Positions 21,401 to 33,124 of a stretch of 64,000 nucleotides of DNA are shown here, piece by piece. The translations under genes were made by a program, and so were the position numbers. The DNA is from a virus. Lineage: Duplodnaviria > Caudoviricetes. How positions within the stretch are numbered: position 1 is the first letter of the stretch; every line of letters begins with the position of its first letter. The notes under the pieces were generated by a model, which made no database searches, was not told where the DNA came from, and saw only the letters and a program-made list of their open reading frames with translations. The stretch lies in the IMG/VR virus record IMGVR_UViG_3300029305_002995, positions 1 through 64,000 of that record; one strand, 5' to 3'.

Positions 21401-24400
21401 CATCACGAACTTCTAATAACGATTCTGCCGCAAGTGGTGCTACATCTTTTAATTGATTAGCTTGTTCGGCAAGATAAGTAAAAATATCTTCATTAGCTTT
21501 ATCTATTAATTCTTCGATAGCTTCTCGCAAAGCATCGGTATCATTAATATAAGGTGCTAACTCTGGATATTTCATTACAATATCGAAGCGATTATGACTT
21601 AAATCTGTCAACGCAGTTTGTAAATCATTAATTTGTGCTTGATAGCTTTCAATTAAAGTAGGTAAACCAGATTCGCCAGTATCATTCATAATATCGTAGA
21701 AATGTTGCATTTGTTCAGAGGATGTTAAGCCACATTCACCGATATTTTGAATTTCTTTCTGCCATTGTTGTAAATCCCATAATGCTGTCTTATCGTCTTG
21801 GATAGCAATTCGATAAATAAATTCTTTGGTATTCCTATCAGCATTATCAAAGAAATTAAAGATTTCTGTCATTTCATTAGAATCCAATTTCTCTCTATCA
21901 ATACCATTTCGAATACCATTTTTCAAATGAGCAATTGCATCTTCAACTGCTTGGTCTGTTACATCTGGAATTTCTTTCAATCCTTCTTTATATGCATCGA
22001 CCCAAACAGTATAAGTATCAACGTCACCTAATGTTTGCAGTAAAACATTACGCGCATCTTCTTGTGAACCTGTAAAATCATTTGTTGCAACTACAGTTTT
22101 TTCTAATGCTACAACCATTTTTTCAAATTCAAAATAATTATCTGGAGAACCATAAGTGTCCAAATAATCTATATATTTAGATTGCGCTACAGTTTCATTA
22201 ATACTTTCTTTAAATGCAATATACTGTTTATATTCATCTTCAAGTAATTTTCTATCTGCATCGATTTGTTTGTACAAATCAGAACTGGTTAATTGCTCAA
22301 TAGTATATAAACCATTAACAGAATCACTTGCATTATCTTTTAATACCTGCAACATTTCTGTCAATTGTTCATAGCGTACAACTGCGTCTTCTGCTGTATT
22401 TAATGGTAATTCTGAATCAAAAGTACCTTCAATTTTATTACCTTTTGTTTTATAAGCAATGTTATATCCAGCATTAGACAAAACATTGCCCATTTTTTCT
22501 TCAAATCCACTATTTACAGAGAATCTAAAATCACCAGCATCAAACTTAAATAAGTCAAAAATATCAAGCCAAGCAAATAGTCCATCTTCACGGGATGACT
22601 CCACTAAAGACTCTTTAACTGCATCAAAACCAGCATACAACTCTGTTAATCGTTCTTTAAGAGAATCACTGGCAACCTTATCAATCGCTTTATCTAATTC
22701 ACCGTATCGTTCAATAAGATTGTTAATTTCATCTTCTTCTAAACCAAGAGCCGTTAATAAATCTTGTGTTACAGACTCTAAGTAATTTTTTGAATCTGCT
22801 GTACCATCATAGGCTAATGTAGCTTCTTTATAGGCATTATAAGCAGATGAAATTGTAGCTGCTTCTTCTTGTGCGGAAGTAGCTAATTCCATTGTTGCCT
22901 GTCTTGCTTCTTCTTTAGCTTGAATCATTGAATTGATAGAAGAAATTGCATAGTTAAATAACAATGTTGCACCAATAGTTAGTACACTATTTAAGGCTAT
23001 TGTAGCCGCTTTCCATGCTACAGTTTTTGCGGTAGCACCCGCAACTGACTTAATATAACCATTAATAGTAGCGTCACCTTGATTTACAGTACGGAGATAT
23101 TTTCCTAAACTGCTGTCGCTATCAATAATATTTTTCTTGAAATTAGATTGAGCTTCTGCGCTTTGCATAGAAAGCGTATTAAAAGTATTCAACATAGCTT
23201 GCGTTTTAGCAAGATTATGTAAGATTTCTTTTGATAAAATAGACCCAAATACATTTAATCCTAATCCAGTTGCCGCACCTTTACCATCAGTGATAGTTCT
23301 TACTAATCCTTGGTTTTTAGCACTAAGGACAGTAGAAATACCAACTAAAACAGTAGGTATAGTACCAAATTTATCTAATAAAACATCAACAACGTCAATA
23401 ACATTAATAACGCCATCTAATAAATCTTTAAGAAAATCGCTATCTAAAAACGTTTGAGATAAGCTCTGCCAAGAAGCTTGTAATTGCAATAATTTAGCGT
23501 CTAAAGATTCCAACCATTTTTCATGCTCTCGCATTGCAGAACCTTCGGATTCTAACGAAGCTTTAATAGCTTCTCTTGCAATATCAAAGTTTTCCATCAA
23601 GGATGACATTGTATTACCTTGATGTTTACCTGCTAATAATTCAACGATACTTGCTTGTGCTATATCGCTTAAATCATGCCATTTTTCTGCAAGTTCATCT
23701 AAAATCTGATATGTGCTTTTGAAGTTATTTTTGTCGAGCATTATATCAACGCCAGACAATGCTTTAATCTCAGCTTGCAATTTTGCTGTAGATTCAGCCA
23801 TACCTTCTGTTTCTAAACCAGCGTCAGCTAATTCAGTTGTAGCACCTCTAATTCTCATAGAAATGGTTTTCAAACCATTTCCAACCTTAGAAACATCTTG
23901 AACTACAGTATTAGCTGCAGTAACTAAGGCGATAGTTTCATCGATAGTATTGTTTGCAACAGACATGGAAGATGCAGAACGCATCAACGCTTCGCCAATT
24001 CCACCTGATGACACGGCAAAACGGTTGCCAACCTCATTAAACTTGTCAATGACTTGCATTGCAGTTACTTCATCGCCAAATGCTGCCATAGTAGAAATCA
24101 AACTTTCAGTAGCAGTATCTACACTTTCAATTTCATCGCCTACTACGGCATAAATATTAGCAACTTCTGCTAATTCTTGTGATTCTTCAAATCCATAACC
24201 TAATCTTGCAAAATCAGCAGTAGAAGAAACTAAACCATCGATAGTTGTACCTAATTGTTTAGCTTTATTCCCTGCATTGGTTAAAAATGAATCATAAGCA
24301 TACTCGGTTTCATTTGTAACCTTTTTAAGTTCAGTCATAACAGAGTCAATTAACACTACATTATCGAACATAGAATGTATTGCTTGACCTGCCTCCATTA

Positions 24401-27080
24401 AAATATCATAAGCAGAGAACCACGAACTAAGTTCTGAGAATGATTTTTTAAATCTATCAATCCAAGTTAAACCTGTATTGCCAGTAATTTGTGCGTCAGC
24501 TCTAATAGTATTAAATGCACTTCTTGTACCTTTTAATGCTTTTTGAGTAACATTTTCAAAATCGCTTAATTGCGCTTTTAGTTTGTCTATCTGTTCTCCA
24601 TATACTTTTGCGGCTTTAGTATTTTTGCCAAGCCAAATATCCATATCGGAGAACAGTTTTATAATATCATCTTTTGAAGCTAAACCCTTCTCAGATGTAA
24701 CATTCGCCTTTACTTGTACCTCTGTTCTTTTCAAAGCATCGGTATATTTATTATAAGCACTAATAATATCTTCTAAATTACCTGTTTCATGTGCTTTGTT
24801 TAATTCGGTAATAGAAGTTCTTAAATCATTGACACTTGTTTCTGTAGTTTCAAAAACATTGTCTACGTTTCTTAATTGTGCTTCAAGATTGCTTAAACTT
24901 AAATCTATATCGCCACGTTCAATTTTAAGACTAATATCCTGTCTTAAATTCTCTCTAACGTCTTGAATCTTACGATTTAAAATTTCAATTTTATCTATAT
25001 TTTCAGATACAGTACGTTGTAATCTTTCAAACTGTTCATCAGATAAATTACCACTTAAAGCATCTTGTAAATCCATGAAGTGACGAGTTAATCTTTCATA
25101 TTGAGCATTTAACTCTTGTACTTCTTGTTCTTGTTTACCACTGGATTGACCTTTAAGAATAGCTTTATCTAATTCAGTTAATTGACGTTCTGTTCTAATT
25201 AAATCTTGAAATGCTCTATTGATATTTTGGGTTTCTCTACGAACATTTTCTAAATTGGCTGTATCAACACTTCTGCCCAAAACAGCGTTCATATTGTCAG
25301 CAGATTCTTGGAATACCCTATCTATCTCACGCCATTGATTGACATTTAATTCTTGCCCAAAATCAGTTTCAAGCTGTCTGTATTCTGCTCTAAGCTCTGC
25401 TAAAGTAGCTTCTAACGCTTGAATTTCATTAATATTTTCAGTTGGGTCTAAACCAACCATAGAAACTTCAATACCACCCATGCGTTTAGCTAATTGAAGC
25501 ATACGTTCTTGCGCTTGTTCTGCTTGATTAAATTCCTGTAAAACAGAAGAGCTTAATAAACGAGTAGATGTTACCGCTTGCAAGCTGCCATCCTGTAAAT
25601 GAATAACTTCATTAACAACACCACGAACTTCTTGAACAGTTCTACCCAATTGGTCTATTCCAGTTACGGTGATTCGAATCTGACCATCTCTACCCATTTG
25701 GGTTCTAATGCTTTGAACCTGCAAACGCATAGCATCTAAATCTTGAATTACATTATTGATAGAAGTACCATCAAAGCCAAAGTTATGTAAAACTCTTGAC
25801 ATTTCTTGGATTTCTTCACCCATATAACCAAAACGAATATTAGAAACTCGGTTCAAATCTTCTTCCAGTTGTTGTAATGGTACGGTCGCTCCCATTAACT
25901 GTCCATTAAGATTAATTCTTAATTCAGCACAGTTCTGTAGAAGCTGTTCCATTCCAGTAGAAAGTCTATCTAATGAAGTAGTTGATTCAGTAACATTAGA
26001 AATTTCAAACGTACCATTTAATGCATTGAAAGCAGTAGCGGTATCTTTTACAGATACATTAATTTCATCCAACTTTTGTCCTAAGACTTCTAAACGTTGA
26101 ATCAATTCTGTCATCTGACCTGCAATGCCTTCAAGCTGATTTGGCATATCACCTGTAAAAACAGATTGTAAAGATTTTAGTTTTTCAGACGCTTCTTCTG
26201 CATTGTTAGCACCAGCTTTGATTTTTGCAGATTCATCAAGGAAGTCATCAATAGTTTGACTAAAAGAAGATTCAATAGCAGATAAATCTACATCGAAAAC
26301 CCTTGCTGCTTCTTTAATGGACGCAAAATAAGTGTTAAATCCTTCTAATTGTCTATCAGCAGATAAAGCCTTTTTACCGCTAAATCCACTCATATTAGTA
26401 TAAGCTTCGCCTAAAGTTTCCCAATAATTAGCTAAATAACCACTATAGCGACTTGCTTGACCAATTAATTGCTCTACAGCTTGTTTTGGGTCATTGATTT
26501 TACTTGAACTATGCTTATTAATCCAATCCATAACAGCTTGTTCATACATTTTAGCTTGACGCTCTAATTCTGGAACAGCTATATTCTTAACATAATCTTT
26601 ATTTTGAGTTAAGTTATTGATTGGATTGTTCTTCTTTACACCTAAATCTAAATTAAAGCTAAAGTTCAAACTGCCCATTGTTTTAGCCAGTTCTTTAAAC
26701 TCACCTTTAACATCAGATAACGCAGTTTCAATACTATTAATAGAATTAAGCAAAGGTTTCATTGTAGAATCTTTACCTAAATCACCAAACGCTTTTCTTA
26801 TTTCATTAATAGAGGAAGTCAATGAATCTAAGGAAGATTCAAGTTTTGAAATATCCCTTGAAGATGGAAGGTTATTAGTTAAATCGCCATTATGAAAATC
26901 AATATTAGCAGCTTTTTGTAATTCTTTGAAAGACTTAGTAATATCCTTAATATCTTTAAGAACATCTTGTTTATTGGCAATTTGGATAGTTGCAACTAAT
27001 TGAGCATCGTCTAATTGTTTTTGCAAACTACTTATATCACCTAATTCAGCTTGCACTACTGCGCTAAATACTTCCTGCAT
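18449..27080 (-). CDS. Tape measure protein, exon 1 (spliced product ~3610 aa)
   Basis: Huge helical ORF with TP901-type core TELKKVT...STADFARLGY...DKFNEVGN. Confidence 0.9.
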
Positions 27081-27107
27081 AATTCACTCACTCCTTTATC
27101 AATCAAA

Positions 27108-27135
27108 TAAAAAAAGCGTCCATTAAGAACGCTTT
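27108..27135 (-). terminator. Intrinsic terminator after the recombinase
   Basis: aaagcgt/acgcttt stem with A-run (U-run on minus strand). Confidence 0.55.
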
Positions 27136-27153
27136 GTAAAATCTATATTTTAT

Positions 27154-28188
27154 TTATGCTGTCTGTTGTACAGCAATTTTTAATTTATCTAAATTCTTCC
27201 ACTTTCTATCTTTAGCAGTAGCATCATTATAAATTGCAATCATACCATGTCCTGTACTTTCAGACCAACCAGTAAGATACACAATAAAATCATCTTCCAA
27301 ATCAAGCGACTTGAGATATGATATATGATAATGTCTGAGATTATGAGGATAACATGGTTTATCTACAAAATCGCTCCATGTGTTTATCCATTTTCTTAAC
27401 CCTTCTGCTGTTGTAGGTGTACCAGTATGTTTATTGATAAAAATACTGGTATGCTCTTGATTATATTCTTTCATAATCTTTTCACGCTCTATAAGCCATT
27501 TATGATAATAAGGTAAAAACGTATCTTTTAAGACATATTTAATCAACATCTTGCCATTAACCCCTCTACCTTTTGTTCTGATTTTCTTAGTTGTTTCTAA
27601 GAATAAACCATCGAAAGCAGTATTTTCTTCGTCAATTAAATCAGTAGTAAACAAATTAAGTTCTGACACTCTTGCACCACATGAAATAGCTAAAGCCAAT
27701 AAACACTGTTCCTGTATTCTACCTTGCTTTTCAAGCTCACTGAAAATTAAATCAATATCAGCCTTACTTAAAACAGTTTTCTCACGAACAGTTTCTTTGA
27801 CTGGTTTTTCAATCTTAGGTAAAAGATTTCGAAACATTGGATATTCATCATCAAAGATATTTTCAATCCATGCACTAAAACTGGACAAACTACTATGCAT
27901 ATTAGCATATCTGTTACTGTTCCATTTTAGCTCAGTAACACAATAATCAAAGAAATCCATCAAATGACGCTTTTTAATATCTACAAAAAATAGATTGTCA
28001 TTCTCCAATAAGTTCCATACAAAAAAGATATTTAAATTTGACTGATATACTATAACAGTTTTAGGAGAACGTTTAGTAGCAAAGTTCTTTAAAAATCTAT
28101 CCATCAGTTTCTTGTTGTCTGGATTAATTTGTTCAATCAATTCTTGATTAGTAATAACCTTTCGGTAGGTTTCTCTGTTTCTTGCCAT
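27154..28188 (-). CDS. Tyrosine recombinase (phage integrase family)
   Basis: SCGARVSEL (R), KGRG (K), HNLRHY (HxxR), TGW (W), IYN (Y). Confidence 0.9.
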   Translation of the reverse strand: MARNRETYRKVITNQELIEQINPDNKKLMDRFLKNFATKRSPKTVIVYQSNLNIFFVWNLLENDNLFFVDIKKRHLMDFFDYCVTELKWNSNRYANMHSSLSSFSAWIENIFDDEYPMFRNLLPKIEKPVKETVREKTVLSKADIDLIFSELEKQGRIQEQCLLALAISCGARVSELNLFTTDLIDEENTAFDGLFLETTKKIRTKGRGVNGKMLIKYVLKDTFLPYYHKWLIEREKIMKEYNQEHTSIFINKHTGTPTTAEGLRKWINTWSDFVDKPCYPHNLRHYHISYLKSLDLEDDFIVYLTGWSESTGHGMIAIYNDATAKDRKWKNLDKLKIAVQQTA

Positions 28189-28209
28189 TTGTCACCCTCC
28201 TTTTCTCAT

Positions 28210-28238
28210 ATTATAGCATTTCTCTCACTTATTGGAAA
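28210..28238 (-). promoter_or_regulatory. Extended -10 promoter for the recombinase
   Basis: TGCTATAAT at 28218-28210, followed by AAGGAGGGTG RBS. Confidence 0.5.
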
Positions 28239-28287
28239 TAGTTGAGAATAACTAAAGTTTGATTATTCAATTCTACATTAAAGAGAA

Positions 28288-28806
28288 TTATCGCACTGGA
28301 ATACCTGCTTTCTTTAATGCAGACTTTAATCTATAATGTGCTTCACCCGTAATTTCTTCAATAGGCATTTGCCATACAGAAGTGCCATCTGGGAATCCTA
28401 TATATCCACCATGAGTATATCCATTGTAAGCTGCAAGCTTAAATACTTCTATGTCATTATCATGTGTCCAAGGTTGACGATGAAATGTGTTGGAATACCA
28501 ATGACCAGACAAAGTGTTAGAATCTACAAAACCACCTATACGTTTTTTGGAATAGTCTAATTTTGACAAATCAAAATAAACTTCTGCTTTATATCCATTT
28601 GGCGTTTCTTGTATTTCAGACTTAACTAAGGACTTAAATAACTGATATGTTCTACGATAATATTCTGGACTAAATTCAGTATAAAAAGCATATAAATGGT
28701 CTTGAATTGTTTTGAATACATAGCTTTGCATATCTTTTACAGCTTTTTCACATCTATCTTTCAGCACTTGCTTTAATTGGCTTGGAGTATAAACCTTTGT
28801 AGCCAT
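28288..28806 (-). CDS. Neck/tail completion protein (HK97 gp10-like)
   Basis: P..Y.RTYQL..S motif, C-terminal LKKAGIPV. Confidence 0.55.
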   Translation of the reverse strand: MATKVYTPSQLKQVLKDRCEKAVKDMQSYVFKTIQDHLYAFYTEFSPEYYRRTYQLFKSLVKSEIQETPNGYKAEVYFDLSKLDYSKKRIGGFVDSNTLSGHWYSNTFHRQPWTHDNDIEVFKLAAYNGYTHGGYIGFPDGTSVWQMPIEEITGEAHYRLKSALKKAGIPVR

Positions 28807-28816
28807 TTAATCATCT

Positions 28817-29551
28817 CTATTCTTCAACAGGGGATTCTAATGCTTTGTCATTAGTAGTTGAAGTTTCTTCCTGTTTAAAATCCACTTCAACTACAGCGTC
28901 TTTTTTCTTTTTAGACTTTTTAGGTTTGGCAGTTTTGGCAAGTTCATCAATTCTTTTAGTACGAGCCTGTTTCTCTGCTTCACGTTTTTCTACTAAATTT
29001 CTATACAAATCAGTATTCATATAAGCTTGTGCAAGTTTTTCATAATCAACATTTTGACCCTTTAAGGAAGTAGCTAATTCATTAACAGCATCTAATTTAC
29101 TTAAATCCACATCTTTCATTCTATCTTCTAAGGTCTTAAACAGGCTTGCCAAATTATCCATTAAAGGATTTCTATGAATACCAGTCTTATATTCGATGTT
29201 AAGTTCTACAGCTTCTTCAAGTTCTTTCCACAATTCTTCATCAATGTCATTTTTAACGATTTCAATAATATCACTGTTATAAACAATATTTTCCATTTCA
29301 TCAATGGCATTATTCTCTTTATTGGAAATAGCACTTACATCTGCTGTAGTAAAAGTACGAATAACAGCATACTTAAAAGCTACATCTTTTAACAAGCTAT
29401 TATAATTATCACCAGTGAATAGCAAAGAGGTAATAATGCTAATAAACTGTACTTTTTTCTTTGCTGGCAAAGAAGTGTAATACATAAACTGCATTTCTTC
29501 TCCATTCAAGTGATATACACCATTTTTAATTGTATTTCTTAAACCATTCAT
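28817..29551 (-). CDS. Hypothetical protein, possible tail assembly chaperone
   Basis: GGAGGT RBS; lies between the major tail and tape measure genes. Confidence 0.45.
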   Translation of the reverse strand: MNGLRNTIKNGVYHLNGEEMQFMYYTSLPAKKKVQFISIITSLLFTGDNYNSLLKDVAFKYAVIRTFTTADVSAISNKENNAIDEMENIVYNSDIIEIVKNDIDEELWKELEEAVELNIEYKTGIHRNPLMDNLASLFKTLEDRMKDVDLSKLDAVNELATSLKGQNVDYEKLAQAYMNTDLYRNLVEKREAEKQARTKRIDELAKTAKPKKSKKKKDAVVEVDFKQEETSTTNDKALESPVEE

Positions 29552-29589
29552 ATTTTTACCTCCACTAATTCACACTTAAAAATAGAATT

Positions 29590-30120
29590 TTAATGATATT
29601 CTGAAAAGAATTTATCTAAATTCCAAGTATATTTAACACGTTTCTTTTCTCCCGCAATCGTAATTGCATGATGTAAAATTAAGTCCATTTCATTAAAACT
29701 CTTTTTATTAATGCTTTTACACATTCTATTAAAATCTTCTATACGTTGAAAATATGTACGCTCTACATTGTTTTTTTCATCACGAAAATTAAGAATAAAA
29801 CCTGCATTGATACCATCATATATAGAAGCTTTTGTGAGTCCTTCTATTTGATGTTTGTGTATTAATTTAGGTTCTGGACTGTCTTGCGATACATTTTCAA
29901 ATGTCATATATTTTTGTTTTGTACTTTTCAGCTCAAAACACCATAAGGTTCTTGTTTTAGTATTGAATACTAAATAATCATACGGATTATTTCGAGTATA
30001 TTTTGTTTTTTCACTTTGATTATATGCCTGTGCTGTATCTTTCAATCTATGCAACCAACAATAATCTGGAACGCTTTTTGCAAAGTCATTTTCAAACGCC
30101 TTGCCTACATTCTTAGCCAT
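29590..30120 (-). CDS. recU: RecU-like Holliday junction resolvase
   Basis: GKAFE, NPYDY, FELKST and HQIEGL motifs of the RecU family. Confidence 0.8.
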   Translation of the reverse strand: MAKNVGKAFENDFAKSVPDYCWLHRLKDTAQAYNQSEKTKYTRNNPYDYLVFNTKTRTLWCFELKSTKQKYMTFENVSQDSPEPKLIHKHQIEGLTKASIYDGINAGFILNFRDEKNNVERTYFQRIEDFNRMCKSINKKSFNEMDLILHHAITIAGEKKRVKYTWNLDKFFSEYH

Positions 30121-30355
30121 TGGACTTCACCTTATCTCGTTCAATGTTAGAATTTTTCCAAAGTAATTTTAATTTATTATGGTCTTGCTTAGAAAAAACA
30201 AAAACAAAGTGCATCTTATCATCTACGCAAACGTCATATAGTCTTGCACCATGAAAAACATAAAATGCCGCTTGTAATGTATTTCTAAAAAACACCATAT
30301 CTTTATCTTCATAGGCTAAACCAGTAATATCACTTTCAATTTTCATACTTGTCAC
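30113..30355 (-). CDS. Small hypothetical protein
   Basis: Overlaps the recU start; QAAFY...G...FVFVF motif. Confidence 0.55.
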   Translation of the reverse strand: MTSMKIESDITGLAYEDKDMVFFRNTLQAAFYVFHGARLYDVCVDDKMHFVFVFSKQDHNKLKLLWKNSNIERDKVKSNG

Positions 30356-30444
30356 ACCTAACGTAAAAAAAAGGGAAAATATTAATCATTTTAGTGTGAA
30401 TAATATCTTCCCTTCTAATTTTTAAAATTAAACAATATTCACAC

Positions 30445-30900
30445 TTATCTTTTACAATTCTTTTTAGTTCTAAATGAACTATAAGAATCTTCTATTTTAT
30501 CGTTACAAAAATCTAAAATAGATTCTTTTGTTACGTTATTTTCATTTATCATAATATCTTCCACGTTTTCTTCTACATTATCTTCAATAATATTTTCAAC
30601 GCTTTCAGTAGGAAGTTCATTATAATTCAAAATATCTAAAACGATATTTTTAATATGTTCTCTATACGTTTGAACATCAGAAGTATCTACATTTAAAAGT
30701 CTTTCTTTTGCTTCTGCTTTATCATACACACCCACAGAGAACCCATGAATAATCTGGTAGATTTTATAATGTTCAGAAGTATCGGTAAATTTCTTCCAAG
30801 GAGTTAATTGCATACTATCTTTACAAGAAAGACATTTGTGATATTCTTTGCCACAAATAGAACAAGTGGAATTGTTTTTATTGTCAACCATTATAAACAC
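30445..30900 (-). CDS. Zn-finger hypothetical protein
   Basis: CSICGKEYHKCLSC; GGGAGG RBS. Confidence 0.6.
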   Translation of the reverse strand: MFIMVDNKNNSTCSICGKEYHKCLSCKDSMQLTPWKKFTDTSEHYKIYQIIHGFSVGVYDKAEAKERLLNVDTSDVQTYREHIKNIVLDILNYNELPTESVENIIEDNVEENVEDIMINENNVTKESILDFCNDKIEDSYSSFRTKKNCKR

Positions 30901-31008
30901 CTCCCATTTTATTATTAATTGACAAACGCTTAAATATCATCAATACAACAAACAATAGAAATTATGCTGATTTCATTGTTTGCTCTACGCATAATATTTA
31001 TAAAAATA

Positions 31009-31043
31009 ATAAAATGGGGCGAGTGTTGTTCGCCCCATTTTAT
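31009..31043 (-). terminator. Terminator after the major tail protein
   Basis: aataaaatggggcga/tcgccccattttatt inverted repeat. Confidence 0.75.
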
Positions 31044-31060
31044 TACATAGCACATTAGTA

Positions 31061-31818
31061 TTACTCGTTTACGATGATAGCAAAGAGTTCATCTTCTCCC
31101 TCTTCTGCACAGTAATCTTTCATCATCTGGAAGTCTACAGGATGTTTACCAGTAGAAGTTAAAGCCAATTCAATCTGTTCTGGATTGATTTTAGCTTTTG
31201 GACAAAGAATTACACCAGAGTAAACAAGATTTTCATTACATTTATCTTTGAAGTAAGCGTAAATTCTCAGCTTCATTGCAGATGGGAAGTTAGAAGCCAT
31301 ATTGCGTACACGAACTGCATTTTCAGTTTCAAAGTCATATTCAACATATACTTTACCAGTTAAACCAGTAGGTACAGTGATAACTTTATCTTCAATTACA
31401 AATTCGGTAGCAGAAACAGCAGAACCAACTTTGTAACCAGTACCAGTTTCACCATTTGCAATAGAGTAAATGTACATAACATCCTTTGCAGGAGTATGTT
31501 TCAGAGTTACAGTACCATCTTCACCAATAGGAAGAATTTCATAGGTAGAAGTAACAATTTTAGATTCTGCACTTGCAACTTCTTTCTTAGTACCATACTG
31601 AGCAGCAGCAAGTTCAAGAGAAATCAGAGAGTTAGTAGCAGAGAAAGTAGCACGTTTTGCACGATATAAAGTAGTAATTAATGCACCAATAGCATCAACA
31701 ACTTCTTCACCTTCTGCGGTACACTGTAAAGATGGTTCTTCCAAAGAAGTCAATCTCAACAGCAATTCATCGGTACTTAAATCGTGACCAGTTAAACTTC
31801 TTACACGGTCAAGAATTA
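31061..31818 (-). CDS. Major tail protein, exon 2 (spliced product 259 aa)
   Basis: Highly-expressed codon bias; tail-tube-like sequence; spliced N-terminus MAFNKNELILDRVR. Confidence 0.75.
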
Positions 31819-32178
31819 CATTTAACATATATACTTTCGTATATGATTAGACTATATCATCAACCTTACATCAAGGTTGTACTGCGCTTCGATTTAAAGG
31901 ATTCTCACCTACTGAGATTTTCACTCAGCCCTACTTCTATTGTGGAATTTCACCACCTATGGAATAGTCGTTAGACCTTCAATTATATATCAATATAATT
32001 GCTTGGCACAGGATTGTCGTATAACAATATAAAGTTACTTAGATTTTCCCTGTTAGCATAGTTTTTCATCGTCATTTCCTACGATTACAATAGCAAACTA
32101 CACACCCTATATTTATAGGTTCACAGTATTTTCGATATGTATTACTACATAAAGGAGCTAATTAAAGACCGTTAGTTA
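31819..32178 (-). mobile_element. ORF-less group I intron (360 nt) in major tail protein gene
   Basis: P AACAGGGAAA, Q AATCCTGTGCC, R TCTAACGACTA, S ATGATATAGTCT; P1 GAGT/GCTC with U-G; P10 TAATT/AATTA; terminal G at 31819; splicing restores the frame. Confidence 0.92.
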
Positions 32179-32200
32179 ACTCATTTTTATTAAAAGCCAT
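32179..32200 (-). CDS. Major tail protein, exon 1 (22 nt)
   Basis: AAGGAGG RBS then ATG GCT TTT AAT AAA AAT GAG T; ORF 31061-31828 lacks an RBS of its own. Confidence 0.85.
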
Positions 32201-32252
32201 AATTGTTTCCTCCTTAAAAATAATAAAAACCCATGCTAATCAGCATAGGTTT

Positions 32253-33122
32253 TTAAATCTCTCCTGCCCATTCTAAACGTGTTCTATCCACGCCTTTTAA
32301 GCTGGAGAATCCAGAATACGCACCTTGCAAAAGGAGTTCCGCATCCTGTATTTTACCAACACGTTTGATATTATCTAAAAACGCATTGATAGTCATATTA
32401 TATATCTTATTATCTCCACATAAACCACACTTTACAGTTAATGCAGAAACTAATGGTTTTAACATACTTTTGTATGGTTGTCTTGATTGAGCCATAGCTT
32501 CGTCCCTTGCATCGTCAATTAAATCCATTTTGGTCTTTTCGTTTGCAGGAAGTTCACTATTTCTTTTAAAATAATGTATTTGACGAACTGCATCTACCAT
32601 TCTGGTATATACAGCTCTGTCAATTTTTACATCATTTACCACATCATATAATTCTGGTTGCTGTGTTTGGTTGTTGAAAAAACCTTGAAAGTCAGCTAAA
32701 TCCAATGGCTCAAACACACCTTCGGCATTTTTCTTTTTTAAAGTTAATGCTAAAGGATTAAAATACATAGCATCTATATCTTCTTGTGACGTTAAATTTG
32801 CCAATTCTTGTTTGTATTCTTCGGGATTAGACAACCATTTATCATATAATCGTTTCTTGCTTGAAACTAAATGAGATATAAACTTAATGAATAAATCAAA
32901 ATCTTCAATTTGTGTATAATCAATATTTGAATAATCCCAAAGTTGCCACTTAAAATCAGCACCAACACCACAAAGATTATGTACAGCATTAAAATATTTA
33001 CGTTCTCCAAAATCTATGATTTGGTCTATTGTTGGTTGGACAACCATAATTTTAGGAGTAATGAATATATCTTTACCCCTGTAAATTTTCATTTCATCAA
33101 ATTCATACATTACAAAATTCAC
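32253..33122 (-). CDS. Conserved virion morphogenesis protein
   Basis: QPTIDQI.DFGE..YF motif, C-terminal G.YSGF; position in the head-tail block. Confidence 0.55.
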   Translation of the reverse strand: MNFVMYEFDEMKIYRGKDIFITPKIMVVQPTIDQIIDFGERKYFNAVHNLCGVGADFKWQLWDYSNIDYTQIEDFDLFIKFISHLVSSKKRLYDKWLSNPEEYKQELANLTSQEDIDAMYFNPLALTLKKKNAEGVFEPLDLADFQGFFNNQTQQPELYDVVNDVKIDRAVYTRMVDAVRQIHYFKRNSELPANEKTKMDLIDDARDEAMAQSRQPYKSMLKPLVSALTVKCGLCGDNKIYNMTINAFLDNIKRVGKIQDAELLLQGAYSGFSSLKGVDRTRLEWAGEI

Positions 33123-33124
33123 AC

